A stretch of 44,335 nt of DNA. It comes from Dehalococcoidia bacterium. Its GTDB lineage: Bacteria > Chloroflexota > Dehalococcoidia > Dehalococcoidales > S120. The notes below the pieces were generated by a model. The model was not told the DNA's origin and did not search any database. It saw only the letters and a program-made list of their open reading frames with translations. Shown here piece after piece: positions 1-8,194 of the stretch. The position numbers and the translations under genes were made by a program. How positions within the stretch are numbered: the first letter of the stretch is position 1; the number at the start of each line of letters is the position of its first letter. The stretch spans positions 16,910 to 61,244 of the forward strand of contig DUER01000142.1 in the NCBI GenBank assembly GCA_011192075.1. Reading direction: 5' to 3'.

Positions 1-548
1 CCCTTAATATCAACACGCCAGGCATCTAGATAGGGTCCGATAGTATCCAGCGCCTCAGGAGTCAGGTAGCCATTGGTTACATAGACGGTATACAGGTTGT
101 TTTCCTTGGCCAGCTTGGCCGAATCCAGAGTATATTCAAACCAGATACTCGGCTCATTGTATGTCCAGGCAATGCCCTGGCAATGGTAGCGTTTAGCTAG
201 TTCTATAGCCGCTTGAGGTTGAACTTCTTGAGAGCCACGCCACGACTCATCAATCTCAGGGCAGGAAATTTCCCAGTTCTGGCAGTCCTGGCAGTGGAAG
301 TTGCAACCCCAGCCACCCAGAGAGAAAGCTGAACTAGCGGGGAAGAAGTGGAATAGTGGCTTCTTTTCAATAGGGTCAGCGGCGACTGACGAGGTCTTGG
401 CGTAGTTCATATTGCAGAGCACGCCATCTCTATTCTGATACATATGACAAACGCCAAGCCTATCCGGATTTATGATGCAGCGCCACTGGCAAGTATTACA
501 CCGCACCCTGGAGCCGGGTAGCTTTTCGTAAAGTATTGCCTGGCGCAT
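1..548 (-). CDS. AmmeMemoRadiSam-system radical SAM enzyme (AmrS-like), N-terminal ~182 codons; the 3' end lies beyond the window start
   Basis: Absent from the ORF track because it is open at the window edge. My translation from ATG (complement of 546-548) reads MRQAILYEKLPGSRVRCNTCQWRCIINPDRLGVCHMYQNRDGVL...SLGGWGCNFHCQDCQNWEIS. It has an N-terminal Cys cluster plus the CX3CX2C radical-SAM motif typical of this family. Confidence 0.7.
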   Translation of the reverse strand, partial: MRQAILYEKLPGSRVRCNTCQWRCIINPDRLGVCHMYQNRDGVLCNMNYAKTSSVAADPIEKKPLFHFFPASSAFSLGGWGCNFHCQDCQNWEISCPEIDESWRGSQEVQPQAAIELAKRYHCQGIAWTYNEPSIWFEYTLDSAKLAKENNLYTVYVTNGYLTPEALDTIGPYLDAWRVDIK

Positions 549-678
549 TGCTATCTCTCTTATTACCTCTTAACTTAATTATATCACTCGGCTGTTGTCA
601 ACCATAGGCTGGATGGCATAGATTTTTGAATATACTAGGGCGCTGCGATCTCTATCCAAAGAACGTTATGAATCTTCA

Positions 679-1587
679 TCAGGTTAGATAGATAATAGCT
701 ATTCCGCCGACAATCATAGTAATAGCGATTAGCCGTAGCACCAGGATTCTCTTGCCAGATTGCCACTTTAGAAACGCTGGAGAAGTACGGCTCAGGATAA
801 GAGCATATATAACGACAAATATAGGACGGCTGCTGGCAATAGTAGAAACTAGAGACACCGGTCCCCTCTCCATCGCCCAGAATAACAGCACTACTCCTGT
901 TACTACCAGTATCTCATTAAGAGCGAGTAAGGTTATGGCTGAGTTCCGCTGTTTCATATTGCCCAGCTCTTTGAGAATACGAGGGCGTAATGAAATAAGC
1001 ATGAAAATGCCAGACATACAGAATATAGTAATGCAGTACATGTTCCAGAAGGACATATAGGTCAGAGCGTATTTAGTAGCTATATTTGCCACCGCCATAA
1101 GCAGGCTGGAGCCGACAAGAAGGAAGAATACTCTACCTAGCCAGGTGGTAGAACCACTGGGGCTCCGTCTAGTCGAGACTATTGCTGCCCCGGCTACTAC
1201 GATAATTATTGCTATCCACTGTAGGTAATTTAGCGTCTCTCCCAAAAGCGGGACGGCGATAATAGCCACGAAGACGGGATAGGTGCTGGTCATCGGTATG
1301 ACTCGTGATACCTCCTCCTTTTTTAGAGTATAGAGCAGGATAACAAGGGCTATAGTCCGGGCTATACCTGAGGCTACTGTCACCATTAATGGCCAGATAC
1401 CGATATCATCAGGTAGTGGGAATAGGTAAAATATTACTAATCCATAAACTAAAGAAAAAATGCTCGCCGGCAGCAGGAAAGCCTGCAGGCTTGGCATTCG
1501 TCTGGAAATGAGGTGGCTATCAATAATGTTTACCACCCCGAAGACTGCGGTGCTTATTAGTGCTATGCTAACCCAATCAACTGGCAT
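679..1587 (-). CDS. EamA/DMT-family membrane transporter
   Basis: 302-aa ORF, hydrophobic throughout with about 10 predicted TM helices in two halves, which is the typical drug/metabolite transporter architecture. Confidence 0.75.
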   Translation of the reverse strand: MPVDWVSIALISTAVFGVVNIIDSHLISRRMPSLQAFLLPASIFSLVYGLVIFYLFPLPDDIGIWPLMVTVASGIARTIALVILLYTLKKEEVSRVIPMTSTYPVFVAIIAVPLLGETLNYLQWIAIIIVVAGAAIVSTRRSPSGSTTWLGRVFFLLVGSSLLMAVANIATKYALTYMSFWNMYCITIFCMSGIFMLISLRPRILKELGNMKQRNSAITLLALNEILVVTGVVLLFWAMERGPVSLVSTIASSRPIFVVIYALILSRTSPAFLKWQSGKRILVLRLIAITMIVGGIAIIYLT

Positions 1588-1772
1588 CAGCGCTCACTCC
1601 TGTAAAAACATAGATTTACATTATAACAGGCTTGAGGTAAGCCTTTCTATCTAATATTGAATGATAAGTTAAGCTATTGCCAATTATAGACTGTATAGCG
1701 ATATTTATTATCACCCTGGAGGGAGAGGAGGGAGGATATTACAAAAAGGGGCTTTGTCCTTCTTAAATGCCC

Positions 1773-1801
1773 TTGACTGCTTGGCTAACACTAGTTAGAC
1801 T
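1773..1801 (+). promoter_or_regulatory. Candidate sigma70-type promoter for coaE (TTGACT-17-TAGACT)
   Basis: TTGACT at 1773-1778, 17-nt spacer, TAGACT at 1796-1801, 17 nt upstream of the coaE ATG. Motif match only. Confidence 0.3.
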
Positions 1802-1818
1802 GATTAGGACGGCAGATA

Positions 1819-2442
1819 ATGAAGGTCATAGGTCTTACTGGGGGCATAGGTAGTGGCAAGAGCACTGTGTCTCAGTTCTTGGCTGAGCTGGGTGTGGTTA
1901 TTATAGATGCGGACGAGGTGGGACATGAAGCCTTCAAGCCTGATACCGAGATATGGTGGGAAGTAGTGGCTGCCTTTGGCAGACAGATTCTTACCCATAA
2001 AGGTGATATTGACCGTGGAAAGCTAGGTAACATAGTGTTTGGGAGTTCTGAATCTTTAGCGCGGTTAAACCGAATGATGCACCCCCGGATGTATGATATG
2101 GTAAAGACTCGGCTTGAGGAGTATCGGCGACAGGGAGTGGATGTGGTAGTGCTGGAAGCTCCTCTCTTACTGGAAGCTGGCTGGACTCCGTTAGTCGATG
2201 AGGTTTGGATTACTATAGCCTCTAAAGCTACAGTGCTCAAGCGACTTCAAGAACGGACCGGGCTGTCTGAGCCAGAGTCTTTGGCTCGTATCCGTTCTCA
2301 GATGTCAAATGAGGAGCGGGTAAAGCATGCCAATGTAGTAATCAATAATGATTGCGACAATACTGACCTAAAAGCCAGGGTAAACCAACTCTGGCAAAGC
2401 CTTCATACCGGAGAAACCGGTAGGCCTAGTGAAGCCAGTTGA
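1819..2442 (+). CDS. coaE: Dephospho-CoA kinase
   Basis: N-terminus MKVIGLTGGIGSGKSTV (P-loop) and ~200 aa length are typical of CoaE. Confidence 0.9.
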   Translation: MKVIGLTGGIGSGKSTVSQFLAELGVVIIDADEVGHEAFKPDTEIWWEVVAAFGRQILTHKGDIDRGKLGNIVFGSSESLARLNRMMHPRMYDMVKTRLEEYRRQGVDVVVLEAPLLLEAGWTPLVDEVWITIASKATVLKRLQERTGLSEPESLARIRSQMSNEERVKHANVVINNDCDNTDLKARVNQLWQSLHTGETGRPSEAS

Positions 2443-2512
2443 TTTCTCTTAACATATGTCTTATAATCTGGCAGATTAATTATAGCTATAAAATATTCTA
2501 AAGGAGGAGAAT

Positions 2513-3406
2513 ATGTTTGAAAGAATACTTTTACCCCTGGATGGTTCTCACTTAGCAGAAGCAGCTATCCCTTATGGAGCGGAGTTAGCCGCCAGATTGA
2601 GCTCTGAATTGATTCTGTTTCATGTCTGTGCTGAGGAGCATCAGCCTTATAAGAACATGCATCAACTTTATCTCAGGGAGATCGTTAACGGTTTGGAGCG
2701 TAACATGGAGAAAAGCTTCCCAAGATGTGAAGATTGGGCGGTGCGTAGCGAAACCGTCGTCGGTGAAGCGGCCGACGCTATTTGCGAATATGCTGAGAAA
2801 AATAACATAAGGCTGATTGTCATGGCAGCCCATGGTGGCTCTGGTCTCAAGTACTGGGCGGTGGGCAGTGTGGCGGACAAGGTAGTCCGGGCAATAGATA
2901 TACCTATGTTGCTTATCAGAGCCAAAGGGGGTCATACGATTGAAGGCAAAAAGAGATTAATCAATCGGGTACTCCTACCACTGGATGGCTCTGACACCAG
3001 TGAAATAGCCGTACCCTACGCCGGGGAGCTGGCTAAAAGGCTAAAGGCTAGTATTACTCTTTATCGAATGGCAGAAGGGAGGTTCTTGCCTAGTGGCTTT
3101 GATGAGTCTGCACCTCTTGCTACGGCTCCGGTACTGGCTGTAGAGGAGAAACAAGTTCGTACTTACCTTACTAGAATAGAGAGGATTTTAAGACAGAAGG
3201 GCATTCCAGTAACACATAGAGTAACGCAAGGTGTGGACGCAGCGGCTGAGATTCTTGAACAAGGGGAGAAGACTAAGGCAGACTTGGTGGTCATGGCTAG
3301 TCGTGGTAGGTCAAAAATCTTGCGTTGGGTTTTTGGCAGTGTCGCTCATAAGATTTTGTTCGAAGGAGATTCACCCCTGCTATTGGTGAGGAAAGCACCA
3401 GACTGA
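2513..3406 (+). CDS. Universal stress protein with tandem UspA domains
   Basis: Two repeats of ILLPLDGS...A..YA.ELA...lVMaahG....kyw.GSVa.kV pattern (residues ~1-145 and ~150-297). Confidence 0.85.
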   Translation: MFERILLPLDGSHLAEAAIPYGAELAARLSSELILFHVCAEEHQPYKNMHQLYLREIVNGLERNMEKSFPRCEDWAVRSETVVGEAADAICEYAEKNNIRLIVMAAHGGSGLKYWAVGSVADKVVRAIDIPMLLIRAKGGHTIEGKKRLINRVLLPLDGSDTSEIAVPYAGELAKRLKASITLYRMAEGRFLPSGFDESAPLATAPVLAVEEKQVRTYLTRIERILRQKGIPVTHRVTQGVDAAAEILEQGEKTKADLVVMASRGRSKILRWVFGSVAHKILFEGDSPLLLVRKAPD

Positions 3407-3509
3407 TTATGATAACCGGGTAGTCGGCTTAGTTATGTCAATAGACAAAAACTTAGTATTAGTCCTGCCGGGTTTATCTTCTCAACTGATTCTCCCTGAC
3501 TGTGGTTAG

Positions 3510-3538
3510 TTGCATTTCGTAATAGTAGCTGGTAAAAT
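3510..3538 (+). promoter_or_regulatory. Candidate promoter for the rplU-rpmA-rpmE cluster (TTGCAT-17-TAAAAT)
   Basis: TTGCAT at 3510-3515, 17-nt spacer, TAAAAT at 3533-3538. Motif match only. It implies a very short leader. Confidence 0.35.
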
Positions 3539-3556
3539 TAATGGCGGAGGTTAAAG

Positions 3557-3940
3557 ATTTACGCTGTTATTGAGATTGGCGGCAAGCAATATAAGGTAAC
3601 CCCTGGTCAGACAATAGACGTAGAACGGCTGGATGTGGTTGAGGGCAAAACTGTTGAGCTGGATAGGGTGTTACTTGTTGCTGATGGTGATAAGGTAAGG
3701 GTAGGTACGCCCACTGTTGACGGAGCCAAGGTAATTACCACCTCACAGGGGGAGGGCAAGGGTAAGAAGATTATTGTTTTTAAGTATAAGCCGAAAGTGC
3801 GTTATCGTAAGAAGACGGGACACCGCCAACTTTATACCAGGTTGGTTATAGATAAGATAGTTGGGCCGGAGGCGGTGACGGGTGAGCCGGTAAAGAAGGT
3901 TCGGCGGCGTAAAAAAGAGGTGGCGGAAAGTGGCACATAA
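3557..3940 (+). CDS. rplU: 50S ribosomal protein L21, apparently initiating at ATT
   Basis: The frame reads (ATT)[40 protein letters not shown]..., the conserved L21 N-terminus. GGAGG at 3546-3550 lies 6 nt upstream of ATT 3557. An in-frame TAA sits at 3539-3541, and there is no ATG/GTG/TTG before GTG 3635, which is the ORF-track start. Confidence 0.8.
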   Translation: MYAVIEIGGKQYKVTPGQTIDVERLDVVEGKTVELDRVLLVADGDKVRVGTPTVDGAKVITTSQGEGKGKKIIVFKYKPKVRYRKKTGHRQLYTRLVIDKIVGPEAVTGEPVKKVRRRKKEVAESGT

Positions 3941-4184
3941 GAAGGGAGGCGGCTCCACCCACTTAGGGCGGGATAGCAAGTCAAAGCGGCTTGGCGTGAA
4001 AAGATATGCTGGGCAGCGGGTAAACGCCGGGACTATATTGGTTCGGCAGCGGGGCACACGAATACACCCAGGCAATAATGTAGGTGTGGGCAGGGATTAT
4101 ACCCTTTTTGCTCTCATTGATGGCGTTGTTAGCTTCGAGCCTACCAGCAACAACAGGAGGAAAGTTAGCGTCTACGCTAGCTAA
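3930..4184 (+). CDS. rpmA: 50S ribosomal protein L27
   Basis: [48 protein letters not shown] is the canonical L27 sequence. GTG start overlaps the rplU end by 11 nt. Confidence 0.95.
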   Translation: MAHKKGGGSTHLGRDSKSKRLGVKRYAGQRVNAGTILVRQRGTRIHPGNNVGVGRDYTLFALIDGVVSFEPTSNNRRKVSVYAS

Positions 4185-4189
4185 ATGGC

Positions 4190-4396
4190 GTGAAGGATAA
4201 GATTCATCCTGAATATTACACTGATGCTAAGGTAGTTTGTGCTTGTGGTAATACCTTTACTATCGGCTCCACTCAGAAGCTGCTGAAGGTTGAGCTGTGC
4301 AGTAAGTGTCACCCATTTTTTACCGGGGAGCGTAGAATGGTAGATACGGCCGGGCGTGTGGAGCGGTTTAGGCGGCGCTACAAGATGGAGGGCTAA
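4190..4396 (+). CDS. rpmE: 50S ribosomal protein L31 (Zn-ribbon type)
   Basis: [10 protein letters not shown]...VCACGNTF...[10 protein letters not shown]...RVERFRRRY matches the L31 signature with CxxC...CxxC. Confidence 0.95.
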   Translation: MKDKIHPEYYTDAKVVCACGNTFTIGSTQKLLKVELCSKCHPFFTGERRMVDTAGRVERFRRRYKMEG

Positions 4397-4417
4397 GTAA
4401 ATATAGTTTGTGGGAGT

Positions 4418-4448
4418 AGGAGCGGGATGTTAAGCCGCTCCTTTTTTA
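4418..4448 (+). terminator. Rho-independent terminator after rpmE
   Basis: AGGAGCGG (4418-4425) pairs with CCGCTCCT (4435-4442), followed by a T-run at 4442-4447. Confidence 0.6.
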
Positions 4449-4603
4449 TAAAAGCTAGCGAGAATACCCCGCAGCTTGCTGAGGGGATGAATCGCAGGGC
4501 GGGGTGGCAAACAACGTCTTTAGGCGCCACAAAGCGAATTCGAGCAAAGAAGGTATGATAATACGCGCCACAGATACCCCCCAGCTTGCTGGGGGGTAAT
4601 TTA
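4449..4603 (+). repeat. ~155-nt intergenic repeat element, copy A (two CCCC-CAGCttGCTG-GGGG hairpins flanking a ~90-nt core)
   Basis: Roughly 85-90% identical by eye to 5925-6078 in the same orientation. Begins TAAAAGCT(A/G)GCGAGAATACCCC and ends GGGGTAATT(T/C)A. Confidence 0.7.
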
Positions 4604-4617
4604 CTAATGGTTTTACT

Positions 4618-5496
4618 ATGAAAGAGAGATTTCACTACGGAGGTCAGGCGGTCATTGAGGGGGTAATGATACGAGGGCAGAAGGCCGTGGTAACTGTGGT
4701 GCGTCGCCCTAGTGGGAGTCTAGCGGTAGCTACGCAGCCGCTGGCTACAATGTATACTGGTTGGATGAGGAAAGCTCCGTTAATACGGGGCATCGTCGTT
4801 TTGATTGAAGCTCTGACTCTAGGTATCAAGGCTCTATTATATTCAGCCAATGTATCCCTGGAGGAGGAAGGTGAGAAGATTTCTGGAGGATTACTTTGGT
4901 CTATGTTATTCGTTGCTTTGGCTATTGCTGTGGCGCTGTTCTTTATAGCCCCTCTTTTTCTTACCAAACTGCTTGACTCTTATATCAATTCATCTGTGGT
5001 ATTCCATCTGATAGAGGGGTGTCTCCGGGTGGTTATTTTCATAACTTACCTTAAGCTAGTAACGTTGGTGCCTGACCTTAGACGCGTTTTTGCTTATCAT
5101 GGTGCTGAGCACAAGACGATAAATGCTTATGAAGATGGTGCTCCTCTGGAGGTGGCGGAAGCCAGAAAATATAATACTACCCATGTGCGTTGTGGCACTA
5201 GCTTTCTGTTTGTCGTTATGATTATAGCCATCATCGTTTTTGCCCTGGTTGGTTTGTCATCGGTGTGGCTTATGGTGCTGTCCCGAATCATCCTCATCCC
5301 GGTAATCGCTGCCATTGGTTACGAAGTTATCTATTTCGGCGCCAGACATAAAAATAGTTTGGTCAGGGCTATTCTGGCTCCTGGGTTATGGCTACAGTCG
5401 CTCACTACCAGGGAGCCCGATGATAGCCAGCTAGAGGTTGGTCTATCAGCATTAAAGAAGGTGATGGAGATTGACCAGTTTGAGGAGGCGACATAA
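4618..5496 (+). CDS. DUF1385-family membrane protein (YqhQ-like)
   Basis: N-terminus MKERFHYGGQAVIEGVMIRG and ...YHGAEHK..N..E... motifs plus several TM segments are characteristic of DUF1385. This family is often near rpmE/prfA/prmC in other genomes. Confidence 0.75.
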   Translation: MKERFHYGGQAVIEGVMIRGQKAVVTVVRRPSGSLAVATQPLATMYTGWMRKAPLIRGIVVLIEALTLGIKALLYSANVSLEEEGEKISGGLLWSMLFVALAIAVALFFIAPLFLTKLLDSYINSSVVFHLIEGCLRVVIFITYLKLVTLVPDLRRVFAYHGAEHKTINAYEDGAPLEVAEARKYNTTHVRCGTSFLFVVMIIAIIVFALVGLSSVWLMVLSRIILIPVIAAIGYEVIYFGARHKNSLVRAILAPGLWLQSLTTREPDDSQLEVGLSALKKVMEIDQFEEAT

Positions 5497-5570
5497 GCTT
5501 CCCTTCTTTTTCCTGAGGGAAACGATTCCTATCTGATTAGCTTTGAATTGTTTTCTTGATTATGTCAACG

Positions 5571-5909
5571 TCAAGCCTCTACATCTTGTTTGGTTAGCTG
5601 TTGAAAGAAGCAGGTCTTATTGCCGGTGTGACATACCGGACCCACCGGCTGTCCTATAACCAGAATGGTGTCGCTATCGCAATCCTGCCATATTGAACGC
5701 ACCTTGATACGATTGCCTGAAGTCTCTCCCTTATGCCATAACTCCTGTCGGCTGCGACTGTAGAACCATACTTCGCCGCTGGACAAAGTTCGGCGCAATG
5801 CTTCCTCGTTCATATAGCCCAGCATGAGCACTTCACCGGTATCGGCATCTTGAGCTATAGCCGGGATAAGTCCTTTTTCGTTAAACTGTAGATTATTTAT
5901 TAACTTCAC
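5571..5909 (-). CDS. hisI: Phosphoribosyl-AMP cyclohydrolase
   Basis: [52 protein letters not shown]...DCDSDTILV...GPVCHTG..CFF is the canonical HisI sequence. The GTG start at 5909 directly abuts AAGGGGG, so the exact start is uncertain. Confidence 0.9.
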   Translation of the reverse strand: MKLINNLQFNEKGLIPAIAQDADTGEVLMLGYMNEEALRRTLSSGEVWFYSRSRQELWHKGETSGNRIKVRSIWQDCDSDTILVIGQPVGPVCHTGNKTCFFQQLTKQDVEA

Positions 5910-5924
5910 CCCCTTAGGTTTTTA

Positions 5925-6078
5925 TAAAAGCTGGCGAGAATACCCCACAGCTTGCTGCGGGGATAAATCGCAGGGCGGGGTGGCAAGCAGCGTCTTTAGG
6001 CGCTGCAAAGCGAATGCGAGCGAAGAAGGTGTGAGAATTCGCGCCACAGATACCCCCTAGCTTGCTCGGGGTAATTCA
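5925..6078 (+). repeat. ~155-nt intergenic repeat element, copy B
   Basis: Same element as 4449-4603. Here it lies between the hisI Shine-Dalgarno region and the double-hairpin module. It is absent from the paralogous locus at 27590-27600. Confidence 0.7.
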
Positions 6079-6090
6079 CTTATTAACACC

Positions 6091-6172
6091 ATGCCCCTTT
6101 ATCCCCCTTCCCCTTGATAAGAGGAAGGGGGAATTGGTTATATAAGAGAGACTTCGCCTCTCTTCGATTCTC
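6091..6172 (-). repeat. G-rich double-hairpin (REP-like) module, copy 1
   Basis: Stem CCCCCTTCC (6103-6111) pairs with GGAAGGGGG (6123-6131), and stem AAGAGAG (6144-6150) pairs with CTCTCTT (6158-6164). About 80% similar to 27605-27688. Confidence 0.6.
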
Positions 6173-6175
6173 CTT

Positions 6176-6889
6176 TTAGCTAGCGGTGGCTAGGGCTTGT
6201 TTCAGGTTAATGTCTCCGGTATAAAGTGCCTTACCTACTATGGCACCCGCCACACCGAGTTTTTTCAGCATAATAAGGTGATTTAGTAATGAAATGCCAC
6301 CGGCGGCAATGATAGGTAATCTAACGGTATTAACCAGCTTAAAAATAGTGGTAAAATTGGGCTCAGTAAGGGTACCGTCACGACTAATGTCAGTATAGAT
6401 GAAGCGCTTTACCCCGAGCTCAATCATAGACAGAACAAACTCTACAATCCCCAGTTCTGTTTGCTGCCGCCAGCCATGGGTGGCGATGTGTCCCTCCCTA
6501 GCATCAATAGAGACAATAATAGATTCGCTAAAGTTACGGCATGCCTCTGCAATCAGCTTGTGGTCTTCCACAGCGGCTGTGCCTAAGATAACACGCCCTA
6601 TGCCTACTTTAAGTAATTGCTCTATTATTTCCAGTTGGCGGATGCCCCCGCCCAGTTGAGTAGGAACTAACACAGCACTAGCTATCTCTGTAATAATATC
6701 TAGGTTAAGGAGCTCACCAGTAGCTGCGCCATCCAGGTCGACAATATGCAGCCTCGGTGCCCCTAGCGATTGCCACTGTAGGGCAACATCTACCGGGTCA
6801 TTAGAGAATACCGTTTCTTGCTCGTAGTCACCCTGATACAGGCGAACGCATTTACCTTGTCTAATGTCTATAGCGGGGATTATTTCTAT
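6176..6889 (-). CDS. hisA: 1-(5-phosphoribosyl)-5-[(5-phosphoribosylamino)methylideneamino]imidazole-4-carboxamide isomerase, apparently initiating at ATA
   Basis: Extending the ORF-track fragment (6176-6673) upstream in frame gives (ATA)EIIPAIDIRQGKCVRLYQGDYEQETVFSNDPVDVALQW...HIVDLDGA, the conserved HisA N-terminus. An in-frame TAG lies at complement 6896-6898. GGAGG (complement of 6899-6903) is 9 nt upstream. The length of 237 aa is typical. Confidence 0.8.
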   Translation of the reverse strand: MEIIPAIDIRQGKCVRLYQGDYEQETVFSNDPVDVALQWQSLGAPRLHIVDLDGAATGELLNLDIITEIASAVLVPTQLGGGIRQLEIIEQLLKVGIGRVILGTAAVEDHKLIAEACRNFSESIIVSIDAREGHIATHGWRQQTELGIVEFVLSMIELGVKRFIYTDISRDGTLTEPNFTTIFKLVNTVRLPIIAAGGISLLNHLIMLKKLGVAGAIVGKALYTGDINLKQALATAS

Positions 6890-7052
6890 TGTAGCCTACC
6901 TCCCTTTCTATGCTCCACGCATTATATCATTATTATTGTGGTGATGGTAGTCGGTAGACCTTCCTTGACATGACAGGGGGTAAATTGATAAACTTGCTCT
7001 ACTGGCGGACTTAGTCGGAGGGAATTGTTCGTTAGTTGAGTTGGGGGGAATT

Positions 7053-8150
7053 ATGAGTATAACATTGAGTGTAATCAAAGCTGATGTCGGTGGTTATGTA
7101 GGGCATTCCGAGTCTCATCCTGATGTTTTAGTCAAGGCTGATGAGTGCCTGACCAAGGCTAAGGGAGATGGGCTGCTGGTTGACTATCATGTAACTAAGT
7201 GCGGAGATGACCTGCAATTGATTATGACTCATCACGAAGGCGAGGAGAGCGAGAAAATCCATAAACTAGCCTGGGATACCTTTGTTGACTGTACTAAGGT
7301 GGCTAAGACCTTAAAACTGCACGGCGCTGGGCAGGATTTGCTAGCTGATGCTTTTTCTGGCAATGTCAAAGGGATGGGTCCTGGGGTAGCTGAGATGGAG
7401 TTTGAGGAGCGGGCTGCTGAGACTATCATTATTTTTATGGCGGATAAGACCTCGGCTGGAGCCTGGAATATGCCACTGTACAAGATATTTGCTGACCCCT
7501 TTAATACTATCGGGCTAGTTATTGCCGAAAACATGCATGCCGGTTTTAGCTTTGAAGTGCACGATGTAAAGGAACATAGGAAGATAACCTTTAATGCCCC
7601 CGACGAGATTTATGACCTACTGGTTTTTATTGGGGCACCGTCGCGCTTTGTAGTAAAAGCAGTCTATCATCGGGAGACCAAGGAGATAGCTGCTGTGTCC
7701 TCTACCCAGCGTCTGGCTTTAATTGCTGAGCGATACGTGGGTAAGGATGACCCGGTGTGTATTGTCCGCTCCCAGGGTGAGTTTCCGGCGGTAGGTGAGG
7801 TGCTTGAACCATTCACGGCTCCCATTTTTGTGGAGGGGTGGATGCGCGGTTCACACTACGGCCCACTTATGCCGGTGTCTATCGCTGATAGCACCCCGAC
7901 CCGCTTTGATGGACCGCCCAGGGTAGTGGCTATTGGCTTTCAACTATCTGGTAGTAAGCTGGTGGGACCTCGTGATATGTTTGCTGATAAATCCTTTGAC
8001 CATAGCCGTGAGCAAGCTAATGAGATGGCTGACATTATGCGTCGCCATGGTCCCTTTGAGCCACACCGCCTGCCCCTAGAAGAGATGGAATATACTACTA
8101 TGCCTCAGGTAATGAGAAAGCTGGAGGGAAGATTTATTGACCTTGACTAG
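7053..8150 (+). CDS. fbp: Fructose-1,6-bisphosphate aldolase/phosphatase (class V, archaeal type)
   Basis: MSITLSVIKADVGGYVGHSESHPD... and ~365 aa length match the bifunctional FBPA/P family. ATG 7053 is preferred over the upstream TTG 7041 because the G-rich SD lies just before it. Confidence 0.9.
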   Translation: MSITLSVIKADVGGYVGHSESHPDVLVKADECLTKAKGDGLLVDYHVTKCGDDLQLIMTHHEGEESEKIHKLAWDTFVDCTKVAKTLKLHGAGQDLLADAFSGNVKGMGPGVAEMEFEERAAETIIIFMADKTSAGAWNMPLYKIFADPFNTIGLVIAENMHAGFSFEVHDVKEHRKITFNAPDEIYDLLVFIGAPSRFVVKAVYHRETKEIAAVSSTQRLALIAERYVGKDDPVCIVRSQGEFPAVGEVLEPFTAPIFVEGWMRGSHYGPLMPVSIADSTPTRFDGPPRVVAIGFQLSGSKLVGPRDMFADKSFDHSREQANEMADIMRRHGPFEPHRLPLEEMEYTTMPQVMRKLEGRFIDLD

Positions 8151-8194
8151 TCAAATGAAAGGGCTCATCAATATTTAAACAGGAGTTGAGACCA

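Noticed and set aside
1872-2240. Numerous 60-137-aa ORFs antisense to or nested within well-supported genes (for example 752-1060, 1872-2240, 2585-2935, 20310-20723, 34341-34667, 40469-40861, 41414-41767)
   Set aside because: All lie inside strongly supported CDSs on the opposite strand or in another frame. They have Ser/Pro/Arg/Ala-rich shadow composition and no SD.
3541-3573. ATG at 3541 as the rplU start
   Set aside because: It is in a different frame ([10 protein letters not shown]), terminates after 10 codons, and overlaps the SD that serves ATT 3557. It would work only if the assembly has a 1-nt error, so it is kept as the alternative hypothesis in the rplU finding.
4487-4558. 23-codon basic ORF inside the 155-nt repeat (MNRRAGWQTTSLGATKRIRAKKV; equivalent frame 5963-6034 in copy B)
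   Set aside because: The frame and stop are preserved in both copies. However, the ATG is ATA in copy B, the G-rich tract abuts the start with zero spacing, and 5 of 8 substitutions are non-synonymous. Evidence for coding is insufficient, so it is noted only as a possibility.
4393-4635. 80-aa minus-strand ORF spanning the rpmE-DUF1385 spacer
   Set aside because: It is simply the translation of the 155-nt repeat element and the terminator hairpin. It has no SD and low-complexity content, and it overlaps the DUF1385 start.
4449-6172. Hairpin repeats as a possible CRISPR array
   Set aside because: There are only two copies of the 155-nt unit, 1.3 kb apart and separated by genes. The units are far longer than CRISPR repeats, there is no spacer periodicity, and no cas genes are present.
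7041-7052. TTG 7041 as the fbp start, and similar upstream track starts at 8186, 18507, 19210 and 35128
   Set aside because: In each case an internal ATG with a properly spaced GGAGG-type SD gives the family-typical N-terminus, so the shorter models were used.
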